Positions 48,050 through 63,095 of a stretch of DNA of 64,000 nucleotides are shown here, piece after piece. This DNA comes from Takakia lepidozioides. Its lineage: Eukaryota > Plantae > Bryophyta. The translations under genes and the position numbers were made by a program. The notes under the pieces were generated by a model that did not search any database, was not told where the DNA came from, and saw only the letters and a program-made list of their open reading frames with translations. The stretch lies in NCBI GenBank assembly GCA_030704615.1, contig CM060732.1, forward strand, positions 81,654,001 through 81,718,000, in the 5' to 3' direction. Within the stretch, counting starts at the first letter, position 1, and every line of letters begins with the position of its first letter.

Positions 48050-48912
48050 TGAATATTGAGTCTGACAGGAACAACCTTCCGGAGGGTAAACCACCATATT
48101 AAGTAAAACAAATCTGGGGTCAATTAGAATTACGAAGTACAACCTCCCGGAGGGATAACTATGACACTTGAATGCATGGGCACAACCTTATGTAAAGTAA
48201 ATATTGTTATATGAATTTTCTTAATGTTGAATGTGACAAGAACAACCTTCTGAAGGGTATACCACCGTGCTAGGTAAAATCCTATACATAACCTATTAAG
48301 ACAGTTCTATTCAGAGTGAACAACCTTCTGTATGAATTTTTTCAATGCTCAAGGTAACATGAACAACCGTGCAGAAGGTAAACCACTATGCTAGGTAAAA
48401 TCATAGATACAACCTCTTCATAATAATTCAGAATGAAGAACCTTATGCAAGGTAAATAGTGTTGTATGGATTTTTTCAATGTGTAATGTGACTGGAACAA
48501 AACAGGGGGGGGGGGGGGGGTACCACCATATTAGGTAAAAGAAGAGGGGGGTCACTTGAAATCTTTGAAGAAGTATTAAGCACTGCCTTTCGGAAGGTAA
48601 ATATTGTTATATAGATTTTTGCAATCTGGAATGTGACATGAACAACCTTCCGACGGGGAAAATTATGTTGGGTAGAATCCTAGATAGAACGGTTGATGAA
48701 GAATTCAGAAGCACAACCTCCCGGAGGAATAACAATGAAACTTGAATGGATGAGAACACCCTTCTGTAAGATAAATATTGTTGCATGGATTTTTTGCAAT
48801 CTGGAGTTTGACAGGAACAAACTTCTGGAGGGTATACCCCCATGTTGGAATCCTAGATAGAACCTTTAAAGAAGAATTAAGATGAACAACCTTCTCGAGG
48901 GATAACAATGAG
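48050..48912. repeat. Degenerate tandem repeat built on an AACAACCT(T)C..GGTAA subunit
   Basis: acaacc(t) recurs roughly every 45-70 bp with a higher-order period. Confidence 0.75.
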
Positions 48913-48986
48913 ACGGGTGGTGCGGGCTCGGAGGTGCCCCTGAATCAAAGTGACCGTGACCGTGACCCTGGCTTCCCACCAACAGT

Positions 48987-50011
48987 TTGGCAGCGACCAC
49001 GCCCCCTCCTACCAAGCCTCAAAAGGGGACTCGAAATTTTATACATGAGGAGGTCGACCGTCAACTCTACATCTCATCTCTTGCTGTGTCACCAGATCCT
49101 TGTAGAGGAAACGGTCAAAAATCCGAGGCATTCTGGAAAAGGGTGGCTGTTCATTTCAGCCAGAAACGGGCTGATAGTTTGCCGGGGAGACCGTATAGGA
49201 GCTTGGAGAGCAAGTGGTCTACAATTAGATATGACGTTTCGAAGTGGATTGGTGTGTACGGGGCAGTCGTTTCCCTCAAAGAGAGTGGTTGCAGCGAGGA
49301 AGACAACATTGTGAAGGTCGCCCAGCTCTACCAAGACAAGCATCCGAAGAAACAACCATTCATTTTCAAGCATTGTTGGCATATTTTGAAGCACATGCCG
49401 AGGTGGGCTGAATTGAGGAGTGACGACTCGATAAAACCAGCCTAATGAAGCGCAAGTGTACTGCAGCTGGTGGGGAAATGATTGAGGAATATAATGTGCA
49501 AGTGCTGGACGAAGACTCCAAGCTTGAAATGGTCCAAATCCATAACGATGTTGGAGCGTCGAAGTTTGTGAAGCGTGCGCAAGGATGCCGCTCAACAAAA
49601 GCAGATCACAAAGACACAAAAATGAAGGACCTCGCCATCCAAGCACAGCCTGCCGCCACTGTCGATATGGCAGCAGCAACCCGGCAGAAAGCCGAGGTCC
49701 TAACCGATGCTAGTGCACTCTCATTGTTCATGATGTCGGGTGTTGTTGCCACAGAAGAGGCGTTAGAATATTTGAGGCTTCGTCGTGCAGAGGAATTGGG
49801 CAAGCTCAAGCTGCGGCTTGCGGCCCAGCATGCAACAACTTCAGTAGTTTCATGTGATGTGCTTGCAACACCTTTTGCCCCTAAAGTGCTCTCAAAATGT
49901 GCCAGTCCAGGTGCCACCTCCACCTTGGCAACCTTTGCCTCCAATCATCAGGGTTGCTCGCCCTACATTTGCCCAACCTGTCATCAATCTCACGCAGTCA
50001 TGTCAATGTGA
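48987..50011 (+). pseudogene. PIF/Harbinger ORF1-like Myb/SANT plus NAM-associated protein, broken near 49445
   Basis: NF..E.D..L..S...S.DP..GN.QK...FW.RV..R...SL..KW..I..DVSKW, plus F.FKHCW.IL...P.W. Confidence 0.8.
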
Positions 50012-50599
50012 TGAGGCCGTAGGTACCCAGCACAACCCAAAAACTGTGGATGACAACGAATATGATCAGGAAGTGGATTACCATGCGCCTGAGAACCTGC
50101 CCACACCTTATCGACCTTGGCAACAATTTTCAATGCCACGTAGAATTCATCCCGGGCTTTACATACCAAACTCCTCTCTCTCAATTTGCATTTAACCAGC
50201 AATATTCCTGTGCAATCTCCCTCGTTGCTAGGGATTTAGAATACAGCGTGGATTGCACTGTAGATACCGGCAGAGCAGATAAGGACGGAGGTTGCTACAA
50301 TATGAACGATAATGTTGAGACCTATGAATAAGAAAAGTTTGAGCTAATCATGTTATTTGCTATCAGTGAGGCAGATTTAGGGTTGTGTAATTCAAGTGAA
50401 TGGCAGCATGGCTGTACATAATTTGATGCCTGCTCAAGGCTATGTTTCATATTGAACCTGGATGTTCGCCTTGTGCACAAGGCTGACTGTGATGCAGATA
50501 GGTGTCTCTTTTCAAGTTAAGCTTATCAATTTGATCGAATAGCAGCAGTTAGATGGACCTGCTTGATCAAACAGCTCCACGGACTAGCAAAGTGGCAGA

Positions 50600-51130
50600 G
50601 AACTCTAGGAACCCATGGCTAAAAGGGCCGTGATTTGGGATTGCGGATCAAGAATACCCAAAGCCACCATTTTTTTTTTTTGGCAGAGTTCAGACCAGCT
50701 AACCAGGGCTCTCTTGTTGGAAGAGGCAGAGGTAGCTCCCCATATGAAGTTCCTCATCAATGACTTAATGTGCTTGATGAGGGAAGAGCCTAGGCAGTGG
50801 GGACCAAACCGAAGAATTTAACCATATAGAGGCCAGAAGGATCTGATTGACCACGAGCCCTCTGCCAAAGATGGAGAGATGCAGGGAGCTCCAGTAGTAA
50901 GCCAACTTCTTCCTGAGCTTAGCAATGACAAGGGCAAAATGAACATTATCAGGAAGATTATGGCCAAATTGATGCCCTAGAAAAACATGAGTTTCCCCCT
51001 CAACGAGCCAGTGCAGACCAAGATCCATGCACCAGGGAGTGCAATGAGCAGCGGACTTGTATCAGACATATGACTGAGCAGCCCCACGGATTTGTTCCAA
51101 TTAACTTAAATTAGCCCAGAAGCCAAGCAA
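50600..51130 (-). mobile_element. L1-type LINE ORF2 fragment (region after the RT domain)
   Basis: LAYYWSSLHLSIFGRGLVVNQILLASIW and FIWG..ALVSWSELC..GGFGILDP. Confidence 0.8.
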
Positions 51131-51277
51131 AAGCTTGAAAGCGAGTTGTACTAAGTAGCCTATACATGCACAAGGATGGCATCGTTAACTGGTGGATTCT
51201 GAAAATGGCAGAGAGCATGGAGCATACATTGAATGGACGGATCCTTTAAGAAGCTCCTGCATTTAAGTATAGGATTT

Positions 51278-51945
51278 GCATCATGCCCCTTGCTAGCAAT
51301 AAAAAATGCCATCAAACTCTTGAATTGGCCAAGTAGAGCCCCCCCCCCCCCCCCCCCCCCATCAAGGTGTTCAAGTCTGAACTAGGTGCCTCAAAACTGG
51401 CAGAGATGGATTCAGCTCTGAGGGGGGGCAACTAAAACTCTTGAAAAAAAACAAAAGCCCAAAAGGCTATGACAGGTGCATCATGCCCCTTTCTAGCAAT
51501 CCAAAATGCCATCAAACTCTGGAATTGGCCAAGTAGAGCCCCCCCATCAAGGTGTTCAAGTCTGAATGTGCCTTGAAACTGGCAAAGATGGCATCAGCTC
51601 TGAGGGGGGCCAACTAAAACTCTTGAAAAAAATCAGATGCCCAAAAGGCATTGACAGGTGCATCATGCCTCTTTCTAGCAATCCAAAATGTCATGGCACT
51701 CTTGAATTGGCCAAGTAGAGCCCCCCCATCAAGGTGTTCAAGTGAAGGTGCCTCAAAACTTGCAGAAATGGCAGATTCACTGAGGGGGGCCAACTAAAAC
51801 TCTTGGAAAAAATCAGATGCCCAAAAGGAATTGACAGGTGCATCATGCCTCTTTAGCAATCCAAAATGCCATGGCACTCTTGAATTGGCCAAGAAGAGCC
51901 CCCCCATCAAGGTGTTCAAGTCTGAAGGTGCCTTGAAACTTGCAT
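51278..51945. repeat. Tandem repeat of about 180 bp, roughly 3.6 copies
   Basis: gcatcatgcc..tagcaat..aattggccaag..gccccc..atcaaggtgttcaagt at about 51278, 51477, 51660 and 51840. Confidence 0.9.
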
Positions 51946-54223
51946 CATCTCGGATAGTGGCAGGAAACGAGGTTTCGTGTAAATTTGAGCAGACCTGTCA
52001 TGGAAAGCGCGGTCACAATCACCACACCTTTGTTGTGATCTATCAGTAAATACATGGACAAACCTTTAGTGAAATTGGCATTGTAAAAAGCCTCAATGGT
52101 TCCAATGTACGCCTAGTATCCATCGTATAGATATGCTTGCACCTAAATCCCTTCAGTGCATATTTGATATGAGGTGCATTGACTATACTTTCAGCCATCA
52201 TAGTCCTGATCCTTGACTTGGTGAAGTAGTGGATTAGCATGGTTTTAGAGGGATAAAATGAATATAATGAGTCACTCTCGTACCATCTCTTCAGTCAATG
52301 AAATGGCTGGTTGTCATACTGAAGACCTCCTTGACCGCTATAGGTGGGCCCTATAAGTAATGCGGAGGATCCTGGGTGTAGAGATACCAAGGGGTACGCC
52401 GGTTACCCCCGGAGGGGTACCCGTGGATACCCGAGGTATTGTGGGGGACTATGGAGTTGGACTCTAGTTTCCGCTTGTCTGTAATGATGGCTGTTGCACT
52501 CCATGCAAATCAATGCACACAGTAAAAGCAGAAGGTCACAAGTAGGTAGGTCGATAAAATGAACTGTCCGGCCGTGGTCTGTATCAAAACGTGAAGCTCG
52601 ATGACTCCAATGAACGACTACGTCAGGTAACCGGTGCCCTCTCGCCGGTTACCTAGTCCGTAAGTTTCCAGTCACGTATTCCACTTGCATCCGTTGAATT
52701 ATACAGAATATGTATACGCGAGCAGGAAAGTACGCATTTATGTATGTATGCACAAATGTGTCGTGAGCTTCTACTCGTGGCTCACCAAGGCTCCAAAACT
52801 TCGAGCTTTGTAAGCTGCTGGCGATGGCCAGCGGGTCGACTTTGTATTGTTCACTAGGGATACGGAGTAAGACTCTCAATTCACAAGTGTTATACTCTGA
52901 CGAGCGCTCATTAAGGTTATGGCTGAAAGGTTCCAGAGGAATAGGGATTGCGGTGGAGGAATGGGGGTATGCTGATATGAATAAAGTGATTTTCTGCCCA
53001 ACGTCATGGTATAGTTTATGTTGTAGAGGGGCTGGTCACAAAATAAGGTTTCCTTGGTGGCAACTTAGTCATCACATGTCTGATTTGATCAAAGAAGAGA
53101 AGTTGTGTGGATGAACAGGAAGCCTGCAGGCCAAAGGAGCTTGGACGCTTGAATTCGTGAGTCACTTAGTACTTCACTTGCTGTCCATTGTCCATTTCAG
53201 CTTTGGATAACTCACTTTGGTTGAGCTAAAAAATTAACGAAATCAGTTGAATCAGTTGGAGGGCTCAGCTTTACAACAACTGATGTTGGCCAAGTACTTG
53301 CTGTATCCGGTACTTGATATCTTGGTCTGTGCTTCATACGTGCTTCATATGCTGTGCAGAGTGTCGATGCTTTTCCAATGGCATTGGAAACGGTTGTGGA
53401 GGAGAGGTACTCCTTGCAACCACAACTAATGGTATCCAAAAGATCTATGTTCCATACAACTACAAGATCTAACCTGGCAACTGTAGTCAGAATAGTCAAA
53501 CTCAGCGTGACCTATGATACTACACACTACTGCCTCGACCCACCTTGAAATCTGAAACATCATACGTTACATTCAGATCTGAGTCATTTGCAGCAAAGTT
53601 TTCACTATTTTGAAAACTATTCTCATATCCTCAATAAAGCACTCAAGGCCTTCCTCCCCTTTTCCTCTTAAAACAAAAACAAAACAAAAAAAATAAAAAT
53701 CTCATAAAATCTTGGAATAATCAGTGCCATTACCAGACAAAGTAGGTCTGCTTATATGACTGAAAAAAAAGCAACAATTTGCGAAAGATAACACTCCAGT
53801 ATTTTGGAGGACGAAAAATCATAATTTTCATTCAAGTGGATGACCTTCATAACATCGTCAAGAAAGGGATGAAAAAAAATTACTGCAAAGGGAAAAAATC
53901 AAGTTGGTGTCATCAAGTGGAAGGGACACATGAACAGTGGCCTGTTTTTCCTTTTCCCTCTCTATAAGACCAAGGAAAACAGAGAGATCACGAAGAGATC
54001 AATGTGGCTGTTACATTACCTTGTGGGTCTGACTGTAGCATGCTTCACCAAATAATTTTGCCTGATTTGCAGAGCAAATGCCTGACTTTATTGCCAATCT
54101 CTCTTATACAGGCAAACATGAGACAACAACTCTCCACTAGTCCCTAAGAGTATCCTGTTACCTCACACGTGAAAAAGTGCCCTGTACAGGTCCATGGGGT
54201 ACAAAGAGCCTGAGAGGAAGAAT

Positions 54224-57200
54224 CTAGTACTTGGGGATGGAGTTGTCAACATTGACTGAGTACGCATGTATCCCACCCTTAATATTGTACAAGCGCGTGA
54301 AGCCCTGCAACCAGTTCACAAATATGGACACAAAACCCATTCAGATTTTTCCCTTTGATTGAAAATTTTGAATATGCCTTGAAAACTGTGGATCTGAAAG
54401 TCTACTTTGTGGTGTGTGTGTATGAGAGAGAGAGGGAGAGAGAATGACGTTAAAGAGAGAGAGACCTGGGATTTCAGCCAGTTTGCAGCCTGTAGTGATC
54501 GCATGCCATGATGGCACTGCATATACATATGCAACAGTGTCAGCACATTCCTTCTATTCAGCATTTCATCGCACTCATGTGTTGCAAACTGCAAAGGGGG
54601 TGCTAGCAGGAAGTAGGCTGATGAGTAACGTATGCAAATGCAGACAGCTGCACAGCAACACACATTTGGGGAGCAGAGAGAAGCACAACAGAGTAACAAA
54701 GAAAGAATGGAAGGCACTTACCAAAAAGGGACGATGATCAGAACAAGAAGCACAGGCTACAACTTTACCTTACTATGATCACTATATATGCCTTGTATTG
54801 TAGCAGAGCAAGCTTTAGGAAGGGTGCAGAAAAGGTGACAGGCACTGGTCCAAGGAGGAGGAGATCACCAGCACAAAGGTATCCTTGGCTTTGTCAAGAT
54901 CGTCTGCAATGGTGGGGGCCCATTGCCCAAACTGACTCAGTGGATACGCCTTGAACCCTTCAATTGCTGCCGTCGCACTATCCCACCCCACCCCATATTT
55001 GTCATGGGATTGGCATCAACAAGAGCTTAAGTACACTATAAATGAACCCAGGAAATGTGAGGAGATTGAGATAAAGGAGCGCCAACCCAATCACTGTTTC
55101 ACATTCTAGGAAAAGGTGGAGAAGACATTATATCCACACGCTGGCAGGAACACTGTAAGCCTCCAAGCAGTTTTGTATGAGGGTCCACGACCATTCCTTC
55201 AAAGCCCCTGTGCCTCACTGTATGAGGCCTCATTCCAAAGAGAGAGAAAAAGAGAGAGAGATTCATACATCTCATCAAGTTCCCGAACATCGACAAGCTG
55301 TGCATTGTCAGTAAAATCAGAATCCTGCAATCGTGCATGAAACTCCTCCACACCTATTTCCTGCAAGAAAGTTGCCTCCCTTCACATAGCCAACTGGCAT
55401 TTCATTCAGGGATAGACACGGCTGATCTGAAACTAGTCTCATCATCTCCCTTCCTTCAAAACAGTGAATCTTGTTTCCTCTGATCTCCACTCTTGAATGC
55501 CAAAACCTACATAGGTCTACAGATGCATTCTCCTCAGAAATAGCACCTCCAAGAGGATTCATAATGCATTTGGCCATCAATGTCACCACTTGTACATCCA
55601 AAACCTTTGTCTCATATTTAATACCAGGTGTTTGAGGTGCCTAAATGCAAATTGCTGCAGCTGTAGGGAACAAAACTAGCACAGAACACTCTGGGACCCG
55701 TCAGTTCACAATTGCCACTTCTGCAGCAACAATGTCCCATAATAGGCATGCTCATGCTATTCCAGATCTTGCACTTAGGACAGCAAATACCAAGATGAAC
55801 AACTTGAACCAGGAGCACTATCCCAGAATAGAGAGATAGAGAGAACCGTTCAGCAAGCACTTGCAGAAGATGCCAGCCGTGCTTAGTTTTCACCCGCACA
55901 AGCTTGTTTAGGGGTGCATTGAAAGCTGCTTCCTCAAATTCTGGCACCTAACTCCACATGCAAATTTTTGTTCAGCAGCATCTCATGAATGCATAGTCTA
56001 TTAGAGGGGTGATACAATGAACTAACAGGGGCACAGCTGCTTTATCTAGGTGGACTGGCCGATAGAAGCTACAAACCATGACAAGAGATAGCAAGTGAAG
56101 TGAACAGACAGTAATTCGTACCAGTTCAAGGTGTCTAACAATAACAAAATGAAGATTCAGCTTATCAAGAAAATGTATCACACCCTGTGGTCAGAATTTT
56201 TTTCTGCCCCATAGGCTGAATCCCTTTCAAGGAACCCCTTGGAACAGTTGAAGCCCAGCTTCACTGATTCAGTCACCAGTGGAAGGGCTAAGGGGTTCGT
56301 GGTGCCCCAGGGAGGACCTGTGCCTCTGACATCAGAGGCAGGGTCTGCCAAACCTGACCCAGGCTCTCCCAGGACTACTTTTTATGGCACTATGGCTCAG
56401 CTAGGTCAGTTCTTCCTCCTATGCAAAGTTAAGGTTCCTTTTGATCTTGCTTAGCTAGAATGTGATAACATATCTAAACTATAACCTCCTAGAAAGGAGT
56501 TGCTGTTGCCTATCGTCACATGGAAAGGGAGTTTTTCTTTCAACCCAGGCAGGACTTGGAGGATGTCATAACCACTGATGTGTTCCAAAGAAAAAGCCAA
56601 ACAACTGGATATAAAGTAGCGGATACCTGGCAACATCTATATGCACAAGAGTCTATTATCAACCCAGTCACCATCCAGGTCCCTACCACAGACTGAGACA
56701 ACTGATACTTCATGTCCAAGTTTGCTTGAGTGCCTTGATGCAGTCATTCATGGGTTCACACAACTGGATCAACCAGACAAATAAGGAGAAGTCAGGGTAA
56801 CTACGTACAGTGCGGCCTTTGGCCAGCCATCCCAGCATGCCACCTTCGCTCTTAGAAGGGCAGATAGAGTGCTCAGTTGCCAGGTCACTCAAGTCGACTC
56901 CCTCTACAAGCGCACCAATGTTTACAAAGGCTCTAGTATCAGCTGCAATCTTCGTTCTACTTCAACTATGAGACTGACTACAATGCCAGGACTCTTCTCT
57001 GTACAGTCTCTTTACCTCTATGTCTGTCAATTCCCAGGTGGTCTTATGTTGATACTACGTTGTACAAATAAGCTTATATTGAAAGGTAGAACAAGATTGT
57101 ACTCTTCTCCATCCAGTGAGTGTATCCTCAACATAGATCAACTTCAGCTGGCTCTTGGGCACCAAAGAGCGCAACACAGGCAAAGTAAAGGATCCAGAAA

Positions 57201-58758
57201 ACTGAAAACAAGTGGGAAGGGAATTTCAAGGAATTTGAAGGGAGATGAATAGCACATAGCGGAGGAAGGAAGATATAAGGAGTTGGCTTTCATAGTGAAC
57301 TAGAAGTGAGAAATGATGTCATGACATTTACAAGAAATGTAAATCCTAAATTGACATACCCTTTGGGTAGGCCTATGAGCATAATATTGCTTTATGCTAC
57401 TCTGTACAGACAGTAAGATTGGTGTCTGATCTAGGAACACTTCAGTTCTTGAGAGAGAAAATGAGCCACCTTGAGTGATTCTCCGCTGGAGATCCAGAAG
57501 CAATTGAAGCTGGTCCTGTTGAAGCAACAAATGCTGAACTAGAATTTCTCGTTCTTTGAAGCCCGTTGTCCCTCCCAGGCTACCATCCCTAGCTGCTGCT
57601 CCAGCTACCCCTGTGTCCATGCCAACTTCTTTCAGCCTTACTCCTCATAAGCTCTCCTGAAATGGTTTTGGTCAACACTTGGCTGATCCTTCCAAAAGAT
57701 CAGACTATAATATCTCTTTCTTCATCCTGACTCTTAGTAACACCGAAAAAACCTGGGCACTATCATCAACCCTCAAACTCTCACCGGACCAAGGGTAGCA
57801 GCAAACCCACTCCTGAAGCTCATAACAAGCTCACATTGGCAGGCTCAAGACATATGAAGAATAGACACAATTGCCCAATGATCGGAAGGTGCTTCCCAGC
57901 ATGCCAAAACGCATCTTCCTAAACCATGCCCTTAAACATGCCAATGCTGATCTGAAACGCAAGATCAGGCCCAGACCACTCTACATACGATCTGCTGAAA
58001 GCTCACCAATGTAGACTTTAGAACAAAGGGAAGAATACAAATGGCACAAATCGGGTATGCACGCTACCTCATTATTACATTGCCTATCTTTGTTGTCGTA
58101 CAGATAAAACATGATATTGAATCAGTAGCCAATGTGTGATTAGAATATTTGATCAATCAACAACCCACAGTCTCAAAGGCACTCAAGTGCGGTCAGTCTA
58201 TCAAGGCATCAACATCAACATCAGATTTCGGCATCAATAGAGTATTCGGTGGAACCGGTGAACCACGCATCTGCCCGCTGGGCAGATCAATCCGTCTATT
58301 ATCTTTCCGTAATACTTTTACCTCTCCTTGTCCCCCTTTGGAGGTGGCAGCGTTGCACCACGTTCTTACTATTGTACCAGACCTCATACTAACCCTCAGC
58401 AAATGAAGAAGCTCTTTAATGAATTTATGAAGTGCAGCGGTTCCAGACTCGACGCCAATTTGCCAACCCTATTTCTTTGAAGAACTGTTGTAGGCCAAGT
58501 TCGATTCAGCTTACCAGTGGAAATACTTTGGTGTTGAACCAGCGAAATACAGGAAGAATGTTGGTACCAGCTCGCTATTTGCAAAGGAGGAGCCGATGTA
58601 TGGGGAGAGCGGGACCAGCGCAACAGCGAGCAGATGGGAAGAGATGACTTTGCTAAACTGTGATGGAAAATTCCAGTGAAGAGCGATCGGCCTGCTATAT
58701 CTTTGGTGCGAATGAGAGCAAAAGACGAGTGCAGATGCGTGGCCAAAACTCTCGCCAT
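54224..58758 (-). CDS. STR12: Rhodanese-like/PpiC (parvulin) domain protein, probably plastid-targeted, multi-exon
   Basis: Exons encode REILVQHLL, DLATEHSICPSKSEGGMLGW, VPEFEEAAFNAPLNKLVRVKTKHGWHLLQV, YPLSQFGQW, CHHGMRSLQAANWL and YNIKGGIHAYSVNVDNSIPKY*. The 5' exon structure is tentative. Confidence 0.9.
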
Positions 58759-60101
58759 CGCTCTCCTCTCTCCCCTTGCTTTCTAACTTACCTACCTACC
58801 TACTGATTTTCTCGGGGATCCACACACAACCCACAAAATGGTTTGCATGATCGGGAATTTGCTTTCTAATGTGGCTTTGAATCCACAACCACTTGTAAGG
58901 CATCTTTATGCCACTAGGCCATTGAATGTTGCATCCTAGTCACACTTATAAACCCTAACATTTACTAGGGCTTCGCGTTGCTCCGCACTGCTAGCGACGA
59001 ATTCTGAGAACTACGGACAATTTTCACAAAAAGGACGGGGTCATCCGCACGGTGTTACATACACACATCCCATGTATTCATTGTTTCGTGCAAGAAGAAT
59101 GGCAAGACCGAATGGCGTAGCCAATAAAACACAATCTCAAGACTATGGACTAAACGATAATCCCGTTAATGCATTAATGCATAGAGTGGGGAGGTCTGCA
59201 CCTGGATGTATATTAAGTATGGCTTGGCCAGTTTCCTACAAACAATATAGAGCATGGTGGGCGATGTGGCAGGTCTGCATCCCTTGGTACTTGGACTGGA
59301 TGGGTTGGGATTGTGGGAAGGTGGTTGTCGATAAATCTTGAGTGAATTGTCACTCAGTTGGAGGACCCTGGTTGCCAGGCACAAAAACATGCATATGATG
59401 TATGAGGCCACAATGAGAGCGCTAGTAAAACATCAAGGCCACGAGGAATATGGAGGATGATCAGTTCCTTTGGCTCTGCTGGTAGGATCGAACTTGTATT
59501 CGGTAGTCAAATTTTAGCTTTCCCCCGCTCCGAGAGGTATGGCTCCTGGCCTCACTGATGATCACAGTGTGTGTGCCTTATGGTGTAAACAGGGTTTATT
59601 TTTTTTCCCCGAATAGTTTATTAATGAATTAACCAAGGCTTCATTTTTAAATTTCAAGAGGAGATATGGACTAGGCAGCAATCGAGAGGAGCCCCTGCTA
59701 CCGGATATACCGGATATAGGGCTCCTCTCGAGAGCTACCGGACATAACCGTTTTCTATCCATTTGGAGCTGTGATATGAAGTTTTCATCCCCGCAGCAGG
59801 TAGGTAGGTAGTTAAAATCTAGTAGGTCGTAGAATACCACATATAGCACCCCTCCTCAAATCCAGTAGAAACACGCCACGTCAGCGAGTCTGCTCTAAAA
59901 ATCGGTTATGAACAATTTATGTTATTAAACATATCAGCAAGGGCAGTCTCCAGAATGATAGTGTAATTCCAGCTTTCATCATGTCAGCATGGATCTCTTT
60001 CCCCCTTTTCAAGGGCTCCTATGCTTGCACACCCATTCAGAACACCAAGGATGGTGACCTTGTTGGGGCATCACTCCCTCCCATTGCATCTGTTCATACA
60101 T

Positions 60102-63095
60102 TTAAAAAAGTTTCCCTAACACCCCCATGTTGAACAATGATTCTTGCTGCAGAATCTTGTTCTGCAAATTTTGAGACTTGAGCTCCTCCACAAAGGCCTG
60201 CAAATTTTTAGTTGAGGATCCATTGTCTGCCACAGCCTTATGAGCCCAATCTTTCAGCTTCCCTACCCTGGTTCGAATTGCCATGCCCTCCTCCCCTCTC
60301 ATCAGCTCCCTGACCACTCTCTCCACTTCTTTCTTCTCCACCACTCCATCTGCTCGTCGCTTGAATTCTAAAGCAATCTTTATTCCATCCACAATGTACC
60401 TGTGGCATAGAACGGTCAAAAGGGTGTTCTTACATAATTCTGACTTGGTCATATGGAGTCTGGATGACTGCCTCACTTTTTGAAAAAGAACAGACATTTC
60501 CATCCGTCTTTCACTGCCGACGCACCTTGACAGGAGAAAATGCAGAGACTTGCAAAGATAGAACGGAAGTTTTTTAAGTGTGATTCCCACCAACCATCAT
60601 AACTCCAATGGCTTGCACCTCCGAACCTATGAGGCTAGGGTCTTTCAGCATGTTAAGGGTAAAACAGCAGATTGAAGGTCAATCTACGTTAGAGCTCTCT
60701 GTCTACTAGATATTTGTCTGGCACAAAAACCTCAGCTCCAGAGAGGAACTTTGACCTGCAGTTCAGCATCTGCTCTGCCTCAATCGGCCAGGCGAGCAAC
60801 GGATGGCCCACACAAACACTTTCCAACAACGAGTTCCATCCACAGTGTGTCAGAAAGGCCCCTGTTGATGGGTGGGAGAGCACTCGCAGCTGCGAAACCC
60901 AACCTGGGACTACCAGTCCCCTCCCCTTCATCCGCATTTCAAATCCTGGGGGCAGAGATGGATTATATCCATGTCAAAACTAACCCTGGACCTGTGGCTC
61001 CACCTTTTGACAAGAAATTGTACATGTGCAATCATGCTACAAAGCTCCAGTAGCAGTCTAAGGAGATGCATGCAGGTATGAGCACAGTATACAGTTGTAA
61101 TATCTTGAAACCACAAGCTCTAAATCACACTATGTGTATCCTCAAGCATCAAGGAGTTCAAAGGCCTAAGCAAATTAACATAGAGGTGTTTTCGATACTG
61201 CTGTGTGTACCAACATTCCAAAGGGTTGCGATGACCTGGAGGGAGATATTCGGAAACGGATGGCTTTGCTTGACCTGCATGGGCGGGAGCTGAATCAGGT
61301 GGTCTAAGTACCCACAGGAAAGGCTGTTCGCTGGCTTCTAGCCCCAATGCTAGCTCATGGATCTGTTCAGCTGAGAGAGTAGCGCGGCTTCCATATGACA
61401 CATAGAGAACCGAGGAAGGAGGTTGAGTGTCCAACCATTCTTCATACCAGCTCTCTGCTTTGCCATTTTTTATTATACTGGTGGCAGCCTTTTCAGCCAA
61501 CAACAGCGGGCCAACCGGCACTGCCTTCCGCACCTACAATAAGCATGTTTCGTGAGTGTGGAGATGATTTACTAGTAAGAAACTAAGTACTGACTATCTG
61601 CATGAATTACTTGCGCACAAACACCCAGCTTGTCCTTGGAGGTATGGAGAATATGTAGTGATCAGAAGAATCTGTAAAATTGGAACCGAGATACATTAAA
61701 CATTGTTACAGGGATCAAGAGATTGGTATAGGATCAGGCTGACCTTCACTCTCTCCTTACCGAGGACTTCATCCCGAAGGGATTCAAAGCCCTGGTGGTC
61801 AAATTGCTCAAAAGTGTTGACCAGGATTATGTCAGCCTCTGGTAAGCGTTTTGCTGCATCTGCAGTGAATTTGAATCTGCCACTCTCTGCATCTTCAAGT
61901 TGCAGTTCAGACGGCAGGTGCCGAGGGAGTAATGGTGGCAGGCCTGGGATAGACAGTTGAACATTCTTGGTGCTTGGAGTTATGGGTAAATGCTTTTCCA
62001 ACAAGAGTGTTCGAACCTGCAGCAATGCAGACAAGCCATGAATGCAAAGTCGAACTTACCATTTCATGCATCTTGGAAGTTGACCATCACTATTTAGTAC
62101 TGCATACCAAGTGGGGGTACAGCAGTCTTGGTATCCATACTGAATCAAGAACAATTTGAAGGCCGCCAGAAGTAATAATCTTCTTGGATGTGGGCAGGGG
62201 CAGCTAACTAAATTTATTTGATTGCCTCCATTGATTACACAGATTTATTTTTGTCAAGATTTTGAAGAGTGTTCCCACAATCTCAAATAGCTGATTTATG
62301 AGGAGCCTGATCGCTAGTCCAAGTGTGGAGATTGATGATCTACCAAGAGGTTTCCATATGAAATCCAGATAACCTTGCACATCCATCGTCAAGCTTAATG
62401 AAAGTTAATGGATACTTACCATGCACCAGGTCATTTACGACATCCTAGTATGTTAGTTTCCTGTGATAGCACATCTACAAGCTAGCAAGAAAATCTAATC
62501 CGGTTCAGGACTGCAAAATAGGCGAGATGGCGGACAGGGGTGGAGGAGATGGTTGACTAGAAAGATTCCCAGGGTCGGAGTTGTAAAAACACAAACATGT
62601 TGGGGGATGAGTTCGTACCGATAACAGGAGAGACAAAAATGCCACACCTGCGGTGAACATACAATGCCTGGGAATGTTGAATTTGTTTGCCACATCTTGG
62701 GTCCATCCACCAAAGAAGTCCGATATAATACAGCAAGGAGCTGGCCCGAATCCAGAATCCAACCCTGATTTTGAGGACATGTTCGAGATAACACGCTGTA
62801 GGCATACAGCTAGTTTGTCGGGCGCGAGGCTCCACGAGAAGAAGCCCTCTGGGAAACCATCCCCCAGACCTACGAGTCGGTGGTCTATAGCAGGTTCAAT
62901 CCCAAGTCTGGCTGCATGTCCTTCCTCCTGCAGCTGCTTAATGTGCGTGTCTACGCTCACCAAGCTCACAATGACGCCAAGGGAAGCCAACTGCTTAGAA
63001 AATTGGAGCATAGGATTAGTGTGGCCAGGTACGGGGAATGGTATAATCACCACATGTGGTCTAGGTTCCTTCTGCGCTGACAAAGAGAGGGCCAT
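60102..63095 (-). CDS. Family-1 UDP-glycosyltransferase, 5 exons
   Basis: HVVIIPFPVPGHTNPM, CIISDFF, WLDTQPPSSVLYVSYGS, and the PSPG box WVSQLRVLSHPSTGAFLTHCGWNSLLESVCVGHPLLAWPIEAEQ. Confidence 0.95.

Noticed and set aside
51278-51945. Coding (LRR-like) reading of the 180-bp tandem repeat
   Set aside because: Unit lengths vary by non-triplet indels, and stops interrupt the frames examined.
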